The notes under the pieces are model-generated. The model did no database searches. It was not told the DNA's origin and was given only the letters and a program-made list of their open reading frames with translations. 64,000 nt of DNA from assembly GCA_028534125.1 (NCBI GenBank), contig CM052818.1:20710001-20774000 (forward strand), given 5' to 3'. Below, piece after piece: positions 13,989 to 26,529 of this stretch. Both the position numbers and the translations under genes were made by a program. The stretch is from Lama glama (Eukaryota). Positions within the stretch are counted from its first letter, which is position 1; every line of letters starts with the position of its first letter.

Positions 13989-15159
13989 TTTCCCATAAGG
14001 CAAAGCATAAATATATCAGACTTTGCTGATAAATATATTAGATGCCTGCTTTTATCAGACATTGACTTTCAGCAGGAAACATCTAGCAGCATTTAGGGAG
14101 GGGAGGGAAGAAACATCTTGAAAAGAAAACAGTTTAATTGGCACCAAAGCACTTGGCAATGATTGGGTTACCAGGATAGCTCATACATGGTGTTTGCTAA
14201 ATAAACCAAGGAGGCAACTGCAATGAACAACTCTACGATGCTGGCAGTTATGCTTGTCACTAAAACAGTGTTGCTGGTTCATTACTATTGATATTTAGAA
14301 ATGCAGAGAGACACTTCCCAGACTACTCTGAATGTTTTATACACACAAAAAGTAGTACTAACTCTCAAATAAGTAAAATCAATCCTAGCAATCTTGGATG
14401 GCAAAAAGTAACTGATAACCAGGGCCAAGCTGAGATCTCTGGCCCTTCCCAAAAAGAACTCAAGAAGTTCAACACAGAATAGAGGCAGAATTTTTAGGAC
14501 TAGAGCTTTCAAGCTTGACAGAGGTGGGATCCAACCACTGCTGCCTGGGTGTAGATTACAGCAGGTTTCAAGATGATTACCATCAACTTCCGTTGGTATT
14601 GTCATTCCCTCTTATCAGCAGGCTGGTCCAAAGTGAAGCAAGTTTAAAGACCCAGCAGTAAAATGAACAACTTTCAGTGGTTTGTGTGCTGGGGTACAGA
14701 CATAATGCTTCCTAGAACTAGGTTAGATCTACTTTTATATAAATTTACTTTTAAATGAGATTATTTAATGTGCAACGGACATTAAACATTTCTCTGTGAT
14801 GAGAACTTTTACATTCTACTCTTTCAGTAACTTTCAAAGATATATTACATCCCTAGAACTCATTTGTTTTGTTACTGGAAGTTTCTGCTATATTATGAAA
14901 TATTCTGGGGATGTTATTTTTAATGTATCTTTGAATATACATTCTTACTTATCCAGACTCTGTCTCTTTGAACTCTAGTTTATCCAGTTTATTTACCAGG
15001 AGGTTATTTAAAATACCTACAGCATTAAAAAAATACCTTGGGGAAGTCTGTTAAACAACAATAGATAATATTATATATATAGGTTTAGTTAGGGCAGATA
15101 TATAACTCTTTGGTGTATAACTAGTTTTTTTAAGTTCTTGAGGTTTGTGATACATTTAT

Positions 15160-15340
15160 TTAATAGTGCTCTGTAACTTTGGGTGAATTACTTATACTCT
15201 CTGAGTTTTAGTTTCATCCTCTTAAAATAGGGATAAATATATCATCTATCTGCCTAACAATTATTTTAAAAGCAAAACAAAAAAGTATATAAAGTACTCA
15301 GCACAGTGTCACAAATGTTAAGTAATCTGTTAATATAAGC
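15160..15340 (+). mobile_element. MIR remnant
   Basis: ctgtaactttgggtgaattacttatactctctgagttttagtttcatcctcttaaaataggg. Confidence 0.7.
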
Positions 15341-16279
15341 TATTTTCAATCAACAAACTAAACCGTAGTAGTCAGTATAGCTAGCAGGCACTATCTGTTC
15401 CACCTTTTGGAAGGGCATGTTTAAAGTTAAGCACCGTAAAACACTGTATTAGAAACCATACTTCTAAATTCAGTCCTCTGAGTGTTCTAAATCAAGTGCA
15501 CAGTAAGAATTAGACCAGTTTTTCCTATAATGTACAAACACCTCATCAAAATCACATAGTGTACTTATACACATGTAGATGTGTATAAACTCATTCAGTT
15601 GTGATCCTGGGTTCTAGGGGCTGGGAATCAGCATTTAAAAGTTCTGTTAGTGATTCTTATGTGCATTAAAATTTGAGAAATACCAGCTAAAGGTTTCTAA
15701 AACAGGCCTGAAAGCTATAAGAATTATAGACCTGGGTCTCCTAAATGACCAAAGCTCACGGCAGAAAGTTATGAAAGGCCCTTATATATGCAACATCTAC
15801 TTCTGCTAAACTCTCTAGCTTGCAGAATCCAATAGTTTTCTTGGTAACCTATCTGGATTTTCTTATATTCATGTTATGGTCCAGTATAAACAAAATACCC
15901 ACTTATGTTATACGAACATTATGGCTAAGTTAACTCCACATTATTTGCTAAAGCTTGTGGGTAACACTTTGTCAATCTTAAAACATTCCTTTAGGGTGAT
16001 AAATGCACGTATTTTAAGCTCATATTTCTATCCTCTTTCACTGTGAAGTTAGACCATTTTTCTATAAAGAATGTTTTCTGTTGGGGTAATGTTGGTGTCA
16101 GGAAAATTCATGTATGTAAAAATGTTGGTGGTTTTGATATCATCTGTTAGCTAGCCTCTTGAAGGACGCTTGGCTGTGGTGGAGTTTTCTTCATGGTCAG
16201 AGAAGGAATCATTTCTCTCCAGCTATGATGATGGCAGTTGCCTATAATAACTCACAACTCTTAAAGCCAAGTGTCATAT

Positions 16280-17440
16280 TTAATAAATGACTAGTATCCA
16301 CAATATATAAAGAACTCTTATAATTCATCAAAAAAATGCAACTAAAAAACTGTCCTGTTTGGATAGTTCATCTGAGAGGACATATGCGTAGCAAATAAAC
16401 ACTTTACTAATAAATGTTATTAGTCATTAAGGAAATGCAAATTAAAATTCTAATCAGGAACTTCATATACCTATTAAATGGCAATGAACAAACAAACAAA
16501 CAAACAAACCTGACAATATTAAGTCCTGGTGAGGATGTGGAGCATCTGGAACTCTCACGCATTGCTGGTGGGAATGCAAAATGGTACAGCCACTTTGGAA
16601 ACCAATTTAGTTGTCTCTTATAAAACTAAACACTCACCATATGACTCAGCAATCCTGTTCCTAGGTATTTATTTACCAAGAGAAATGAAAACATATGTCC
16701 ACACAAAACTTGTACGTGAATGTTCATAGCAGCATCCTTAACGAGAGACAAAAAGGGGAAAAACACCTAAATGCCCATCAACTGCTGAACAGCTAAACAA
16801 ACATCCACATAATGGAATGCTACCTGGCAATAAGAAGAAACAAATCACTGAAACATACAACAACATGGATTAATTTAAAATGCTTTATACCAAGTGAAAA
16901 AAAAATCCTATACTCAAATGGCTACATGGTATGTGATTTTGTTTACATGACAATCTGGAAAAGGTGAAATTATTGGGAGAGGGAACAATGAGTGGTTGCC
17001 AAGGGGCTGGCATGGGGGAGGAGGTTGACTGCAAAGGGACATTTTTTAAAATTTAAGTATAGTTGATTTACAATGTTGGGCTAGTTTCAGGTGTAGAGCA
17101 AAGAGTGTGTATGTGTATGTATGTATGTGTATGTGTTTATGTGTGTGTGTGTGTATATATATATATCTCCTTTTTTCAGGTTCTTTTCCATTACAGGTAT
17201 TACAAGATATTTAATCTAATTACCTGTGTTATACAGTAGGACCTAGTTTTTTTTAAAAAATCTATTTTACATATAGTAGTATGTATTTGTTAATCCAAAA
17301 CTCCTGATTTTTTTATGTGATAGAAATGTTTTATATCTTGATTGTGGAGGTGATTATATGACTGTATGTGTTTGTCAGAATAAAGAAAGTTTAATTTTAC
17401 TCTACGTAAATTATACTCAATAAACCTGAGTTAAAAATGA
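16280..17440 (+). mobile_element. Old L1M 3' portion, interrupted at ~17042-17310 by a younger antisense L1 3' end with a (TG)/(TA) microsatellite
   Basis: ORFs 16414..16623 and 16529..16729 are L1 C-terminal remnants; the insert begins ttttttaaaatttaagtatagttgatttacaatgttg. Confidence 0.85.
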
Positions 17441-19234
17441 AAGCACACACTTGGACCTAGACTGACCTGACACACCATGCTTTTCTAAATTTGAATTCCA
17501 GTTAGTGTGTGAAGCTTCTAGTATTAAAACTCTGACTATAGGGTTCTAGATGAGTGTTTCAAAGAACACTTTGCAGGATAGTTCCAGTTTATTAAGCTGG
17601 AAGATGGACTAAAAGTACTACAAACAAAGTACTAGTTCTGATGTATAGAGTCCCCAGTTGTGGCTCCCTGTGGGGATGAACAAAATAAATCTGGCCCCAC
17701 TGTGCTGCCTTTCATCCCTTCCCTGCAACCCAACCAGCCATGCCATCATTAGGATCCTAATGAGCTCTCTGGGGTGTCTATGCTTGGATCTCAGGCTATT
17801 CCACGGATATTTTAGGCATTTGAGGTGGTCCCTGGACACTACTCGAGGATGAGAAACTCACCAGAAAACAATTTGGCAATATGTCTGCTCATGACTGAGC
17901 CAGTGAATTTGCCAGGCAGGTGGTAAGTGGAACAGTGGGTCATGCAATAGACACAGTATTTTATCTATGGTTCAGACTTTCCCCCCTTAATCTTTTAATT
18001 ACATTCATTACAAAATACTTTGAGGATTTGTAAAATATTTAGTGGACAAAACACTGCAAATTTCAATTTTCAGCTGAAGATTAAAATTATATTCCAGTTC
18101 AACATGTAAGTCCCACAATTGTACTTCATGTAAGATAAATTTAAATGTATGTAATCCCTTGAATGATGTCTGAATATTCATTTCCTTGAAAAATCTGTAC
18201 AATTAATTTGCTCAGCCTTAACTGATGCTTTCTCAAGATCCATTTAATATTTTTTCAAAACTCAGGATTTTAATCCCGTGAATCTTTTTCTCTTTTACAC
18301 GAAAGACTGACAAACTCAGTCTGGGCTAGAAATACTGTCCTCAGTGCTAGACTAGCACTCTGGAATTATGCTGCTGTTTTTAGCCAGCATGAAAGAGTAC
18401 CAGGACAGGCTAAGTTTGGGAACTCATCTACCAGCCTGGTCCACCTCACTTGACAAGAAACCCCTTTTTCATTTGGGAAACAGCGGCACTTCCTTCTCTG
18501 CTTCCCAATCTCTTAGATTATGCAGGAAATATCTAAGTTCCTGGCTGAGTTATTGAGAGAAGCTCATTGAAGCCAATGTGTTTAGGAATGAGAGCTTCTC
18601 AGATTGGTAAGTGGATGGGCAGGAGGTAGCATACACATTTATGAAATAGGGCTCTGTTTCAGTTTGTACATTCTCTAATCTGAAACAAACTCTTCCGCCT
18701 TCGCTAAGTGATTGGCTCTAGGTGACAAGATGTTTGAATTTCCAAAAGTACACTTGATTTTTAAAATGGTAACCCACTCTCTGAGTGGCAGGAGCTTTAG
18801 ATTACTTTTCTAGCACAAGGAACGCTCTTTCTTTACTCCAGGCACATTCTTGGGTCCAGGAGTTAGTCTACTATTTTACTGAGTACCTATTATTTGTCAA
18901 GTATTATTAGAGACTATGTGGGTGGAGGGAGAAATTGGAGAAGGGGAGACCAAAATGATTAAGACTTAGTTCCAGGACTGAGATCCAAGTATCTTACCAT
19001 TCAGTGGGTGAAACAGGTGGATCTCTATTAATTTTTGTTCTCATAGAATTTAAATTAGTTTGAACTTAATAGGGAGAATGGTCTTGTTAAGTTTTCTGTG
19101 GATAGATAGCACTTTATTCAGTGTATTTAGAGATTCAGTAGTTCTTGAGTATCTAAAGGATTCAGTCTTATACTGGCCACCATTATGGGTAAAGAAGAGA
19201 TCTTTGCTTCAAGTTAGTACGTGAATGTCTTTGA

Positions 19235-19490
19235 GAGTACTGGATTTGAAGTCTGGCAGATCACTGGGTTTGAATCCCATATCTGCAATTTAATAGTTTA
19301 TATGATTTTGGATGGGCTATTTAACTTCTCTATACCTTGGCCTTCTCATTTTATAAAAAAAGGATAATAGTAACATCTCACTGAGCTGATATGTGAGTTA
19401 AATACACAAATACATGTAAATGCATTAACTTAGTGTCTGGCACATGATAGATGAAGAATAAATATAAGTTGTTACTATTACTATTACAGT
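19235..19490 (+). mobile_element. MIR SINE
   Basis: ctgggtttgaatcccatatctgc...ctatttaacttctctataccttggccttctcattttataaaa...gtgtctggcacatgatag. Confidence 0.78.
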
Positions 19491-21689
19491 AATACATACC
19501 AATGAATTTCACAAAGAGCTGTATGCTTTGGAGCACTAAAACAAATAACCTCCTAGAAAATCCAAAATGTGTTTTCATTACTTCCAAACTCAACTGGGTT
19601 AGTCTCAGGTGGGTGTTCAGATTATTCCAGGCTGTGAGTCTAAACCCACAAATTTCTTAGAATTTAGCACTTAAGATCCAAAGGTAAACAACAGACTGGA
19701 CAAGGTCCTAGAGAGAAAAGGCAGTTTTTGCAATGGGGTCTGGTTTATACTTAGTAATTACAAATTTCCCTTGACAGCTTTTAGTCGGAGTGGCTTACTT
19801 GCAAAATTCCAAGGGAAATGTGTTCTGGACAATCTTACTTGCCTTTGGAGTAGGTCACCACCTACATTAATTTCGGAGGATCCTGCACTAGCTTTTATTT
19901 TTCCCAGATGTTTGATGTCTAAAATCTTACCAGGTTATTACTTTAGATTAGCAATTTTTTTTCTTTCCCAGTTGAAAGGCAGATATCCCTAGTGGCAGAG
20001 AGGGGACTCAATGTCCAGCACTAGGCTGGCCTACTTCTACTCTTGTCCTGGTACTGTGGCTACTACCATGCACAACCTAACCTTGAATCTGCACTGTCTT
20101 GTCTGGGTCTCTATCTTTTTTAGCTGTATCTAGTCCTCAGTCTTGTTTGAAAATTCCTCCAGAGCAAGGATTATGTCAACAGATTTTGGAGAATCTTGGT
20201 TCACCCTGACCCACTGCTACCTTAAACCTGTACAGTACAATTTGACATAAAAAGTAGGTGAAGGGTAAAGAGTAAATTATTGTTGTTGATTATTATGACC
20301 TGGTTTCCCTTCCCCAAATCCTGAACTGTAACATCTTCTCTAGTATTCTTTCAGAATTAGAAATTGTGGAGCAGACTGACTGTAGCAGAGAGTTCTAGAT
20401 CTTCTGGAACCACTGCAAAAGGCAACATAAGGCTGCAAATTAAGAAAGAAAGAAAAAAAGTCCCTGAACAATCTCATAAATGGATCCTTACTGACCAAGG
20501 ATCTTAGATATAGAAGAATAGACTTATTAAGTTTACAGTGTACTGTTTTCCACTCCATTGCAAAAATTAGCTAATAAAATTTATGTTCACTTTGTGTAGC
20601 AAGGCCCACTCATGGGTCATTTCAATAGCTTGCTCAGCTTTTCAGCACTTAAGAGTCCCTAGAAGTGAGTCAGTAGCACGGAAAGCTGCTCTTTAGAGTC
20701 TTCTAAAACAAATCCATGGGGTTTTGATTTGCTAAATGCTAATTTAGACTAACAGCAGCTTTATTTCCCTAATTTTACAATCTAATTTCTTTGGCTCTTT
20801 CGGTGAGCTTAGAGTTTAATGTACTTGGTAAAAAACACAATACCAAGAAAAAGTCATTTTTCATTTCTAATGAGAACTAATTTTGAGACAATATAGTCAA
20901 GACACAAGGAAAGAATTACTGGGGAGACCTTTATAGCTTTTAAGTTGCGTTGGTGAAAAAAATGGGGTTTGGGGGATGGAAGTGGAGTTAAGATACTTGG
21001 CCTCATCAATATCAAAAGCAGGAGCGATTTCTGGGTATTGTGGTAAGGGAAACGGAAATGCTGGATCTGGAAGACAGCTCATATAGGATGCTAGATTATC
21101 AGGACTTAAGACACAGCAATTTCCAAGAATCTAAAAATGAAATGGATTTTTCCATTCTTGCCGAAGGTTAGGTAACTGGTACTTGCACTTATCTCAAGAA
21201 AATTAATTCAGTGAGTATTCACCCCTATTACGTGCAGAGCATCTTATCAAGTAAAAAGTGAGATGGAGAGGTTGGCAGTGAAAATAAGTCCAAAGATATA
21301 AAGCATTTGCCCAAGTGCCCTAGGAAGTTCGTTAGAAAACCGGGTTTCCAAATTGGTGTGCTTGGCACTGCAAAGCAAGATAGTGATGACTCTAGGGCTA
21401 CACTCTCCCAAAACCTCAGGGGCCGCGTGAAAGCTTATCAGAAAAGGCAAAATTTGGGTATTTCCATAAGACTGGAGCGAAACCCTCATCTTAGGGCTTA
21501 GAAAACACCTTTAGGGAAGTTAATTCACGACATTTTTAATTGACTTTAGAAAAAAATATTGTTTTCCACTTTTCCACTGCAAATTACAAATAATTCAATG
21601 AACAGAAACATTCTGGATTAAACTTAAAAGAAGGGAGAAGAAAATAAAAGCAAAGTGGACTAAGAGAAAGGAAAAAAAGAAAAACTGGG

Positions 21690-22380
21690 AGCCGGGTCAG
21701 CCGTTGCAAGCACCTCTAGCCCTACCTCCGCCAGGATCCGGGTAGACGAAGCTCGGCCCCCAGCCCTGGAACGAGGCCCCACCCCAGCGCTCCCACGGTA
21801 TCCTCTCTCTAGCTCCTCCTCCGTTCAGCTCGGCTCCTCCCTACGGCAGCTCCGCACCTTGGCGACGAGTCAGGGAGAAGACAGGCGGGACTTCCGGCGT
21901 TTGAAAAACTTCCGGCGGGAACCGGAAGACGTGAGCGTACACACAGAATCCCGGGCCTTCCGACACGCGGGGCGGGAAGGTGAGCTGAGCGTCCGCCTTG
22001 GCGGTCTTCCTAGGGGCTCCCGCGAGCCCGGCGTCCGGGCTCCGGTGTTTTCGGGGCCATTTAAAAAGTTCTGAGAGCTCATTTGGGAAATAACATCCCT
22101 TTTTAAAGTGAGAAGTTTCTACATTTTACTGTCTGCGGTCTGCATCTTACGCCGTACCCTCGGAAATCCCCTCCTAGCTGCCGCGTGTCACCTGGCGCGT
22201 CTTCTCAGTCAAATTGCAGCATTTAGCACACAGGACTGACGTGGGAAAGCCCTGGCGAACCTAGATTGTTTTCATACCTCAAATTATCGGAGGCGGGGGA
22301 GGAAGCGCCCTTTTCACTACCGGATCATGGCCCAGGCAGAATCAGCTGCACCCTCAGCAGTGTGCCTGGCGTGTAGGAGG
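21690..22380. promoter_or_regulatory. CpG island / TATA-less promoter of SRBD1
   Basis: Only CpG-dense stretch in the window; ETS motifs ACTTCCGG (21890, 21908) and CCGGAAG (21922); GGCGGGA motifs (21884, 21914, 21971); lies 2.8 kb upstream of the start codon. Confidence 0.9.
21900..21979 (+). other. SRBD1: Probable non-coding exon 1 (5' UTR) of SRBD1; start approximate
   Basis: Strong donor AAG|GTGAGC at 21979/21980 inside the CpG island, just after the ETS cluster; contains no ATG. The TSS cannot be read from sequence. Confidence 0.7.
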
Positions 22381-23079
22381 CACTGAATAACTGTTGAGGA
22401 AAGAGAACTCTCTAGGCAACTTTCCTCGAACCTCCCACACGACAGCATGTCATTAATATAATGTATGTGCAATGGGAAACAAGCCTAGGCTTGGTGTTTG
22501 AGGCTCCGGGTTCTAGTACTTCTGCCACCGTAGCCCTTCCCTTTGAGTAAACTATTTCACCTCACTGGATCTGAGGCTTCTTCTTCTTAAAAGAAAGTAG
22601 GACTGTCTGATTTCTGAGCCTCTTTTCCAACTCTAGTGTTTTGTTTGTATTACTTAGTTAAGGATCTCTGCTGACCTTCCAAGCACTTCTGTCGTTACTC
22701 TAGAGGAAACTTTAGGTGCCTGTGAAAAAATTGTCCCCCTCTATACTTCTTTAAATTATCTAATTGTTGTTTTTCCAATTTTAGTGTAATATTTGTGTGC
22801 ATGCAAGTTTTTCTACCCCCGTCCCCCGATTTTCACTCTCCCTGGTTTAGTGCCTCCCCCCTTAGTAACATCATAGCAGCCTCCAAGTTACTGATTTTGA
22901 ATATGCTTATGTGCCCACAGAAATAAGAGAGCTTTTTAGGAGGGAAAATCTCTAGCCAGTAAGAATAGGAATGTTCTTTTGTACCATTTCTTATTCAAGA
23001 AAGCAGTGAGTGCCATGTGTGATGTTGCTTTATAGTGATGGAGAGAAATGTATATTCCTCTGTAGAGACCATTTTTGTA

Positions 23080-23950
23080 TATACTCTTATGTTCATTTAA
23101 ATAGTTATAAAAGCAGCTATTAAGTGCCAGGGTCTGTGTGATACAGGAGTAAGACAAATGTGGTTTCTTCATGGTGTTTATTTTACTGCAATAAAGTGAA
23201 CATGGGGGATGCAGACAATAAACAAGGATAATTACAGATTATATTATATAGTACTTTATAAAGGAAATAAATAGGGTCCTATAAAAATATTATATCTGAG
23301 AAACCCACTTTAGGCCTAAAATGTTGAAATCTAAGAGATGAGAAATGTTGGGGGCTAAAGCCTCACTGGAGATCACAGAGATTTAACATATATTTTAAAG
23401 GAAAAACTTATGTGACTTACTAATAGACTGGATGTGGGAGATGAAAGAAGATAAGATTTGCAAGGTTTTGGCTTAGCAAATGGAACTTTAGAGGATGATG
23501 GTTGTGTTGAGTATCTTGATTGTGGAGATGAGTATACATATGTCAAAACTTACCCAATTTTAACCCTTTAAACATGAATGGTTTATTGCATGTCAATTAA
23601 AGCTTTATGAAGCTGTTAGAAGTTTTTCCAAGGTTCTGGCTTATAGCAAAGAACCATTTGTTTTAGGTGGGTGGTTGTGCCATTTACAAAGATAGGAAAG
23701 ACTGAGGGAGGAATGGGTTTTAGGATAAGGAATGGTTATCAAGAGTTCCATTGTGGATATGTCAATTTTGGATAACTGTGAAGCATCTAAATAGTTTCAC
23801 AGGCCAGCAGTTTATTAGGTAAATCTGAATCTCAAAAGTAAGATTTGGGGTGGGGGTACTAGGTTTGTTAGTAAGTAACTGATACAGGTATTTAAAACCA
23901 TGGAAATGGATGAAGTTTTGATTAATCTGGCATTTTATGTTTATGCAGTT
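23080..23950 (-). mobile_element. Fragmented L2, with a short L1M 3' fragment inserted at ~23485-23625
   Basis: L2-like purine-rich segments (gactggatgtgggagatgaaagaag; caagagttccattgtggatatgtcaattttg). Confidence 0.6.
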
Positions 23951-24079
23951 CATCATTCCTCAAATAAATACTACTAAATATCCATCATAAAGGAAAAAAT
24001 AACGTGATTTCTGTGTTATACATATCTTACAACAGTAAAACAAAAACAGAGAAAGTTAGTGTTTGGTGGGGTGGTATTT

Positions 24080-24360
24080 CAAACTAGGACAGAAAAAGAT
24101 TATTCAATAAGTGGTATTAAGACAATCAGCTGTCCCTCTGGAGGAAAGCAGGTATTTAATTTTGCCACCACACCATGAACTAAAATACATTCCATATTGA
24201 CTAATGACTTAAATGTACCAAATAAACTGCAGAGTACTACAAAAAATAAAGAAGACTGTTTTCATAATTTTGAGTGGAGGTATAAAGGCTTTCCTAGGCA
24301 TGACTCAAAACTCCAAAACCAAGAAGATTAGCAGATTTTACTACGTAAAAATTAAAACCT
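24080..24360 (+). mobile_element. Old L1 ORF2 3' fragment
   Basis: tattcaataagtggtattaagacaatcagctgtccctctggagg...ggctttcctaggcatgactcaaaac. Confidence 0.7.
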
Positions 24361-24797
24361 CAAGTTAGCCATGGGAGCATTTCAGAACCAAACCAATTTA
24401 CTCTGCAGTATCCTCCAAAAAAAAAAATCACAGTACCTGATACCTTGAAACTAAGGGTAAACGGAGTAAGGGCTGAGTGTAAGCTGTCTGAGGCAAAGGA
24501 TACCCTACTCCATGCTATTATCAACTGCCCCGGGGAAGTCTGGAGGTATATTTTTCCAAGATGGCCCACACTCATCAGGCTTTTGAAATCGTCGGAAAGC
24601 TATAATTGGCAGCCACATAGGAAGGGAAACCAGTGTTTAGGTTTGTGAATGATTGTCTTTTTTTAGATTGGCCTTTTCTAGCAGCAGAGCTATTGGAGTG
24701 TTGTTTTGAATGGCACATCATTTTGTAGACAAAATAAGTGATCAGTCATTCAAGTGATTCAAATCATGCTGATTTCATGTTGTATTTCTCCTTCCAG

Positions 24798-24877
24798 ATG
24801 TCATCATTGCCAAGAAGAGCAAAAGTAAAGGTCCAGAGTGTGGTATCCAAAGATGAATTCTCTTCTTTCTCTGAGTT
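24798..24877 (+). CDS. SRBD1: SRBD1 exon 2 (first coding, 80 nt): MSSLPRRAKVKVQSVVSKDEFSSFSE(L)
   Basis: Pyrimidine tract plus CAG|ATG; donor TT|GTAAGC; absent from the ORF track. Confidence 0.95.
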
Positions 24878-25257
24878 GTAAGCGCATAAGTTTTATATGA
24901 GATGGGAGAATGATGTATATTTTAAGGAGTAATACATTCTGTCACTGACTTTTTTTTTTAATTGAAATATAGTTGATGAACAGTGCTGTGTTAGTCTCTG
25001 GTGTATAGCAAGGTGATTCAGTTGTACACACACATGTGTATAACTAATTTCTTAAGTCATTTGGGTTGAAGAAGGCTGTGTCTTTTTGATTTATTTATGC
25101 AACAGATATTTATCAAACTCTTCCTGCTGTGTCCCAGGCTCTGTTTAGGTGTTGGTGATAAGTTGTTGAACAAGAAGTTAACCAACTAAAATATGATATA
25201 ATATTTACACTAGAATATAAGGTCTGTGAGAGCAGGGGAGATTTTCCTGTTGCTTTA

Positions 25258-25425
25258 GAGCATGGTTTCTCAATTTCAGCACTATTGACCAGATAATTCT
25301 TTGCTATGGGGACTGTCCTTTGTATTGTAGGATGTGTAGCAGCATCCCGGGTCTCTACTCACTAGATGCCAATAGCATCCCTCTCCCATCCCAGTTGTGA
25401 CAATCAAAAATATCTTTAGACATTA
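25258..25425. mobile_element. MER20 (hAT-Charlie) DNA transposon
   Basis: cagcactattgaccagataattcttt...tgtaggatgtgtagcagcatccc...cccagttgtgacaatcaaaaatatc. Confidence 0.85.
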
Positions 25426-25775
25426 CTTGAAATGGAAAACCGCACAGTGACTATGGTGTGACATGACCCAGTAAATTACAGGTAATAAATGATTTCCTAT
25501 GTCTCGAGTGTATGTGTGTGTGGATTAGTTAGGTGAGAGGAGAATGGAGAGAGACCTGTGATTTATAATGTATCGGGAGTATTTCTGCATTGGTCCCTGG
25601 TCAGCTCTCTTGTTTCAGTTCTTAGCAGTATCTGTTCATAGCCTTTGCTCACATCACTTCATTTTGTATTAAACACTTCCTACCTAATTCTTTTTTCAAG
25701 AAGCATATGTCTCTTTTTCGCCTTTAACATTTGGCTTCATTTTTCCTGGAAATTTTTCTGTCGATTTACTCCTAG

Positions 25776-25953
25776 ATCATCTGCCTCTGAAGATGACAAG
25801 GAGGATAGTGCCTGGGAGCCCCAAAAGAAAGTCCCCAGGAGCCGTAAGCTGCCTGTTTCCAAGGAATCTAAACCAAAGAGGGTGCCACGGGTGAAAAAGA
25901 ACACCCTACAAGTGAGTGATGGCTTGGCAGGCGTGGCTGTTAAGGAGGAGCTG
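25776..25953 (+). CDS. SRBD1: SRBD1 exon 3 (178 nt): [18 protein letters not shown]...AVKEEL
   Basis: Acceptor CCTAG|A, donor CTG|GTAGGT, phase 2 to 0; lies within ORF 25645..25965. Confidence 0.95.
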
Positions 25954-26529
25954 GTAGGTGCTTAATTCGCTGGACAAAAGGAGCACTGCTGGTGCCCTCC
26001 TAATTGGAGATGCTGCTTTCCCCTTACACGGAAGTGTCTCTTAGCTGTTTGATCCTTCATATTGGGGTCACAAACCCTTTGAGAATCTGATTATAGTTAT
26101 GAATCCTCTCTTCCAGAGAATGAGTGAAATGTACACATGCCTATCTTCTGAATTTTAAAGTATAGTTCAAGAGAGTACAGCTTAAGAACCTTTGTCATAG
26201 TTTCTTCTTGATCCTTCCTGTGATGCTTGGTATATGTATAATTTTTAAAAGAGAAAAAGAGAATTCAAATAGAAAGTCTGTCACTTAAGAGACACTCAGA
26301 GCTGGGGAAGTGTTTAGAATCTCTTTTAGAATTGCCACAATTCACACATTTTCTAGCTCAATGAAAGCACATGGAGCATGTTAGATTTCATTTCATTGAT
26401 TTGACATCTTCCTCTGGTGTAACCATTACCAAACAAAATAATTGAAAACCCTATTTTGGGTAGAGATAGAATTGATAACATCCTAATAATTTTAAAGTCT
26501 GTTTTTAGCAAACATTGCAGACAAAATTC

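Noticed and set aside
21859..22082. Short ORFs on both strands across the promoter
   Set aside because: Typical of GC-rich CpG islands; the + ORF starts at TTG, crosses the exon 1 donor and is out of frame with the SRBD1 ATG.
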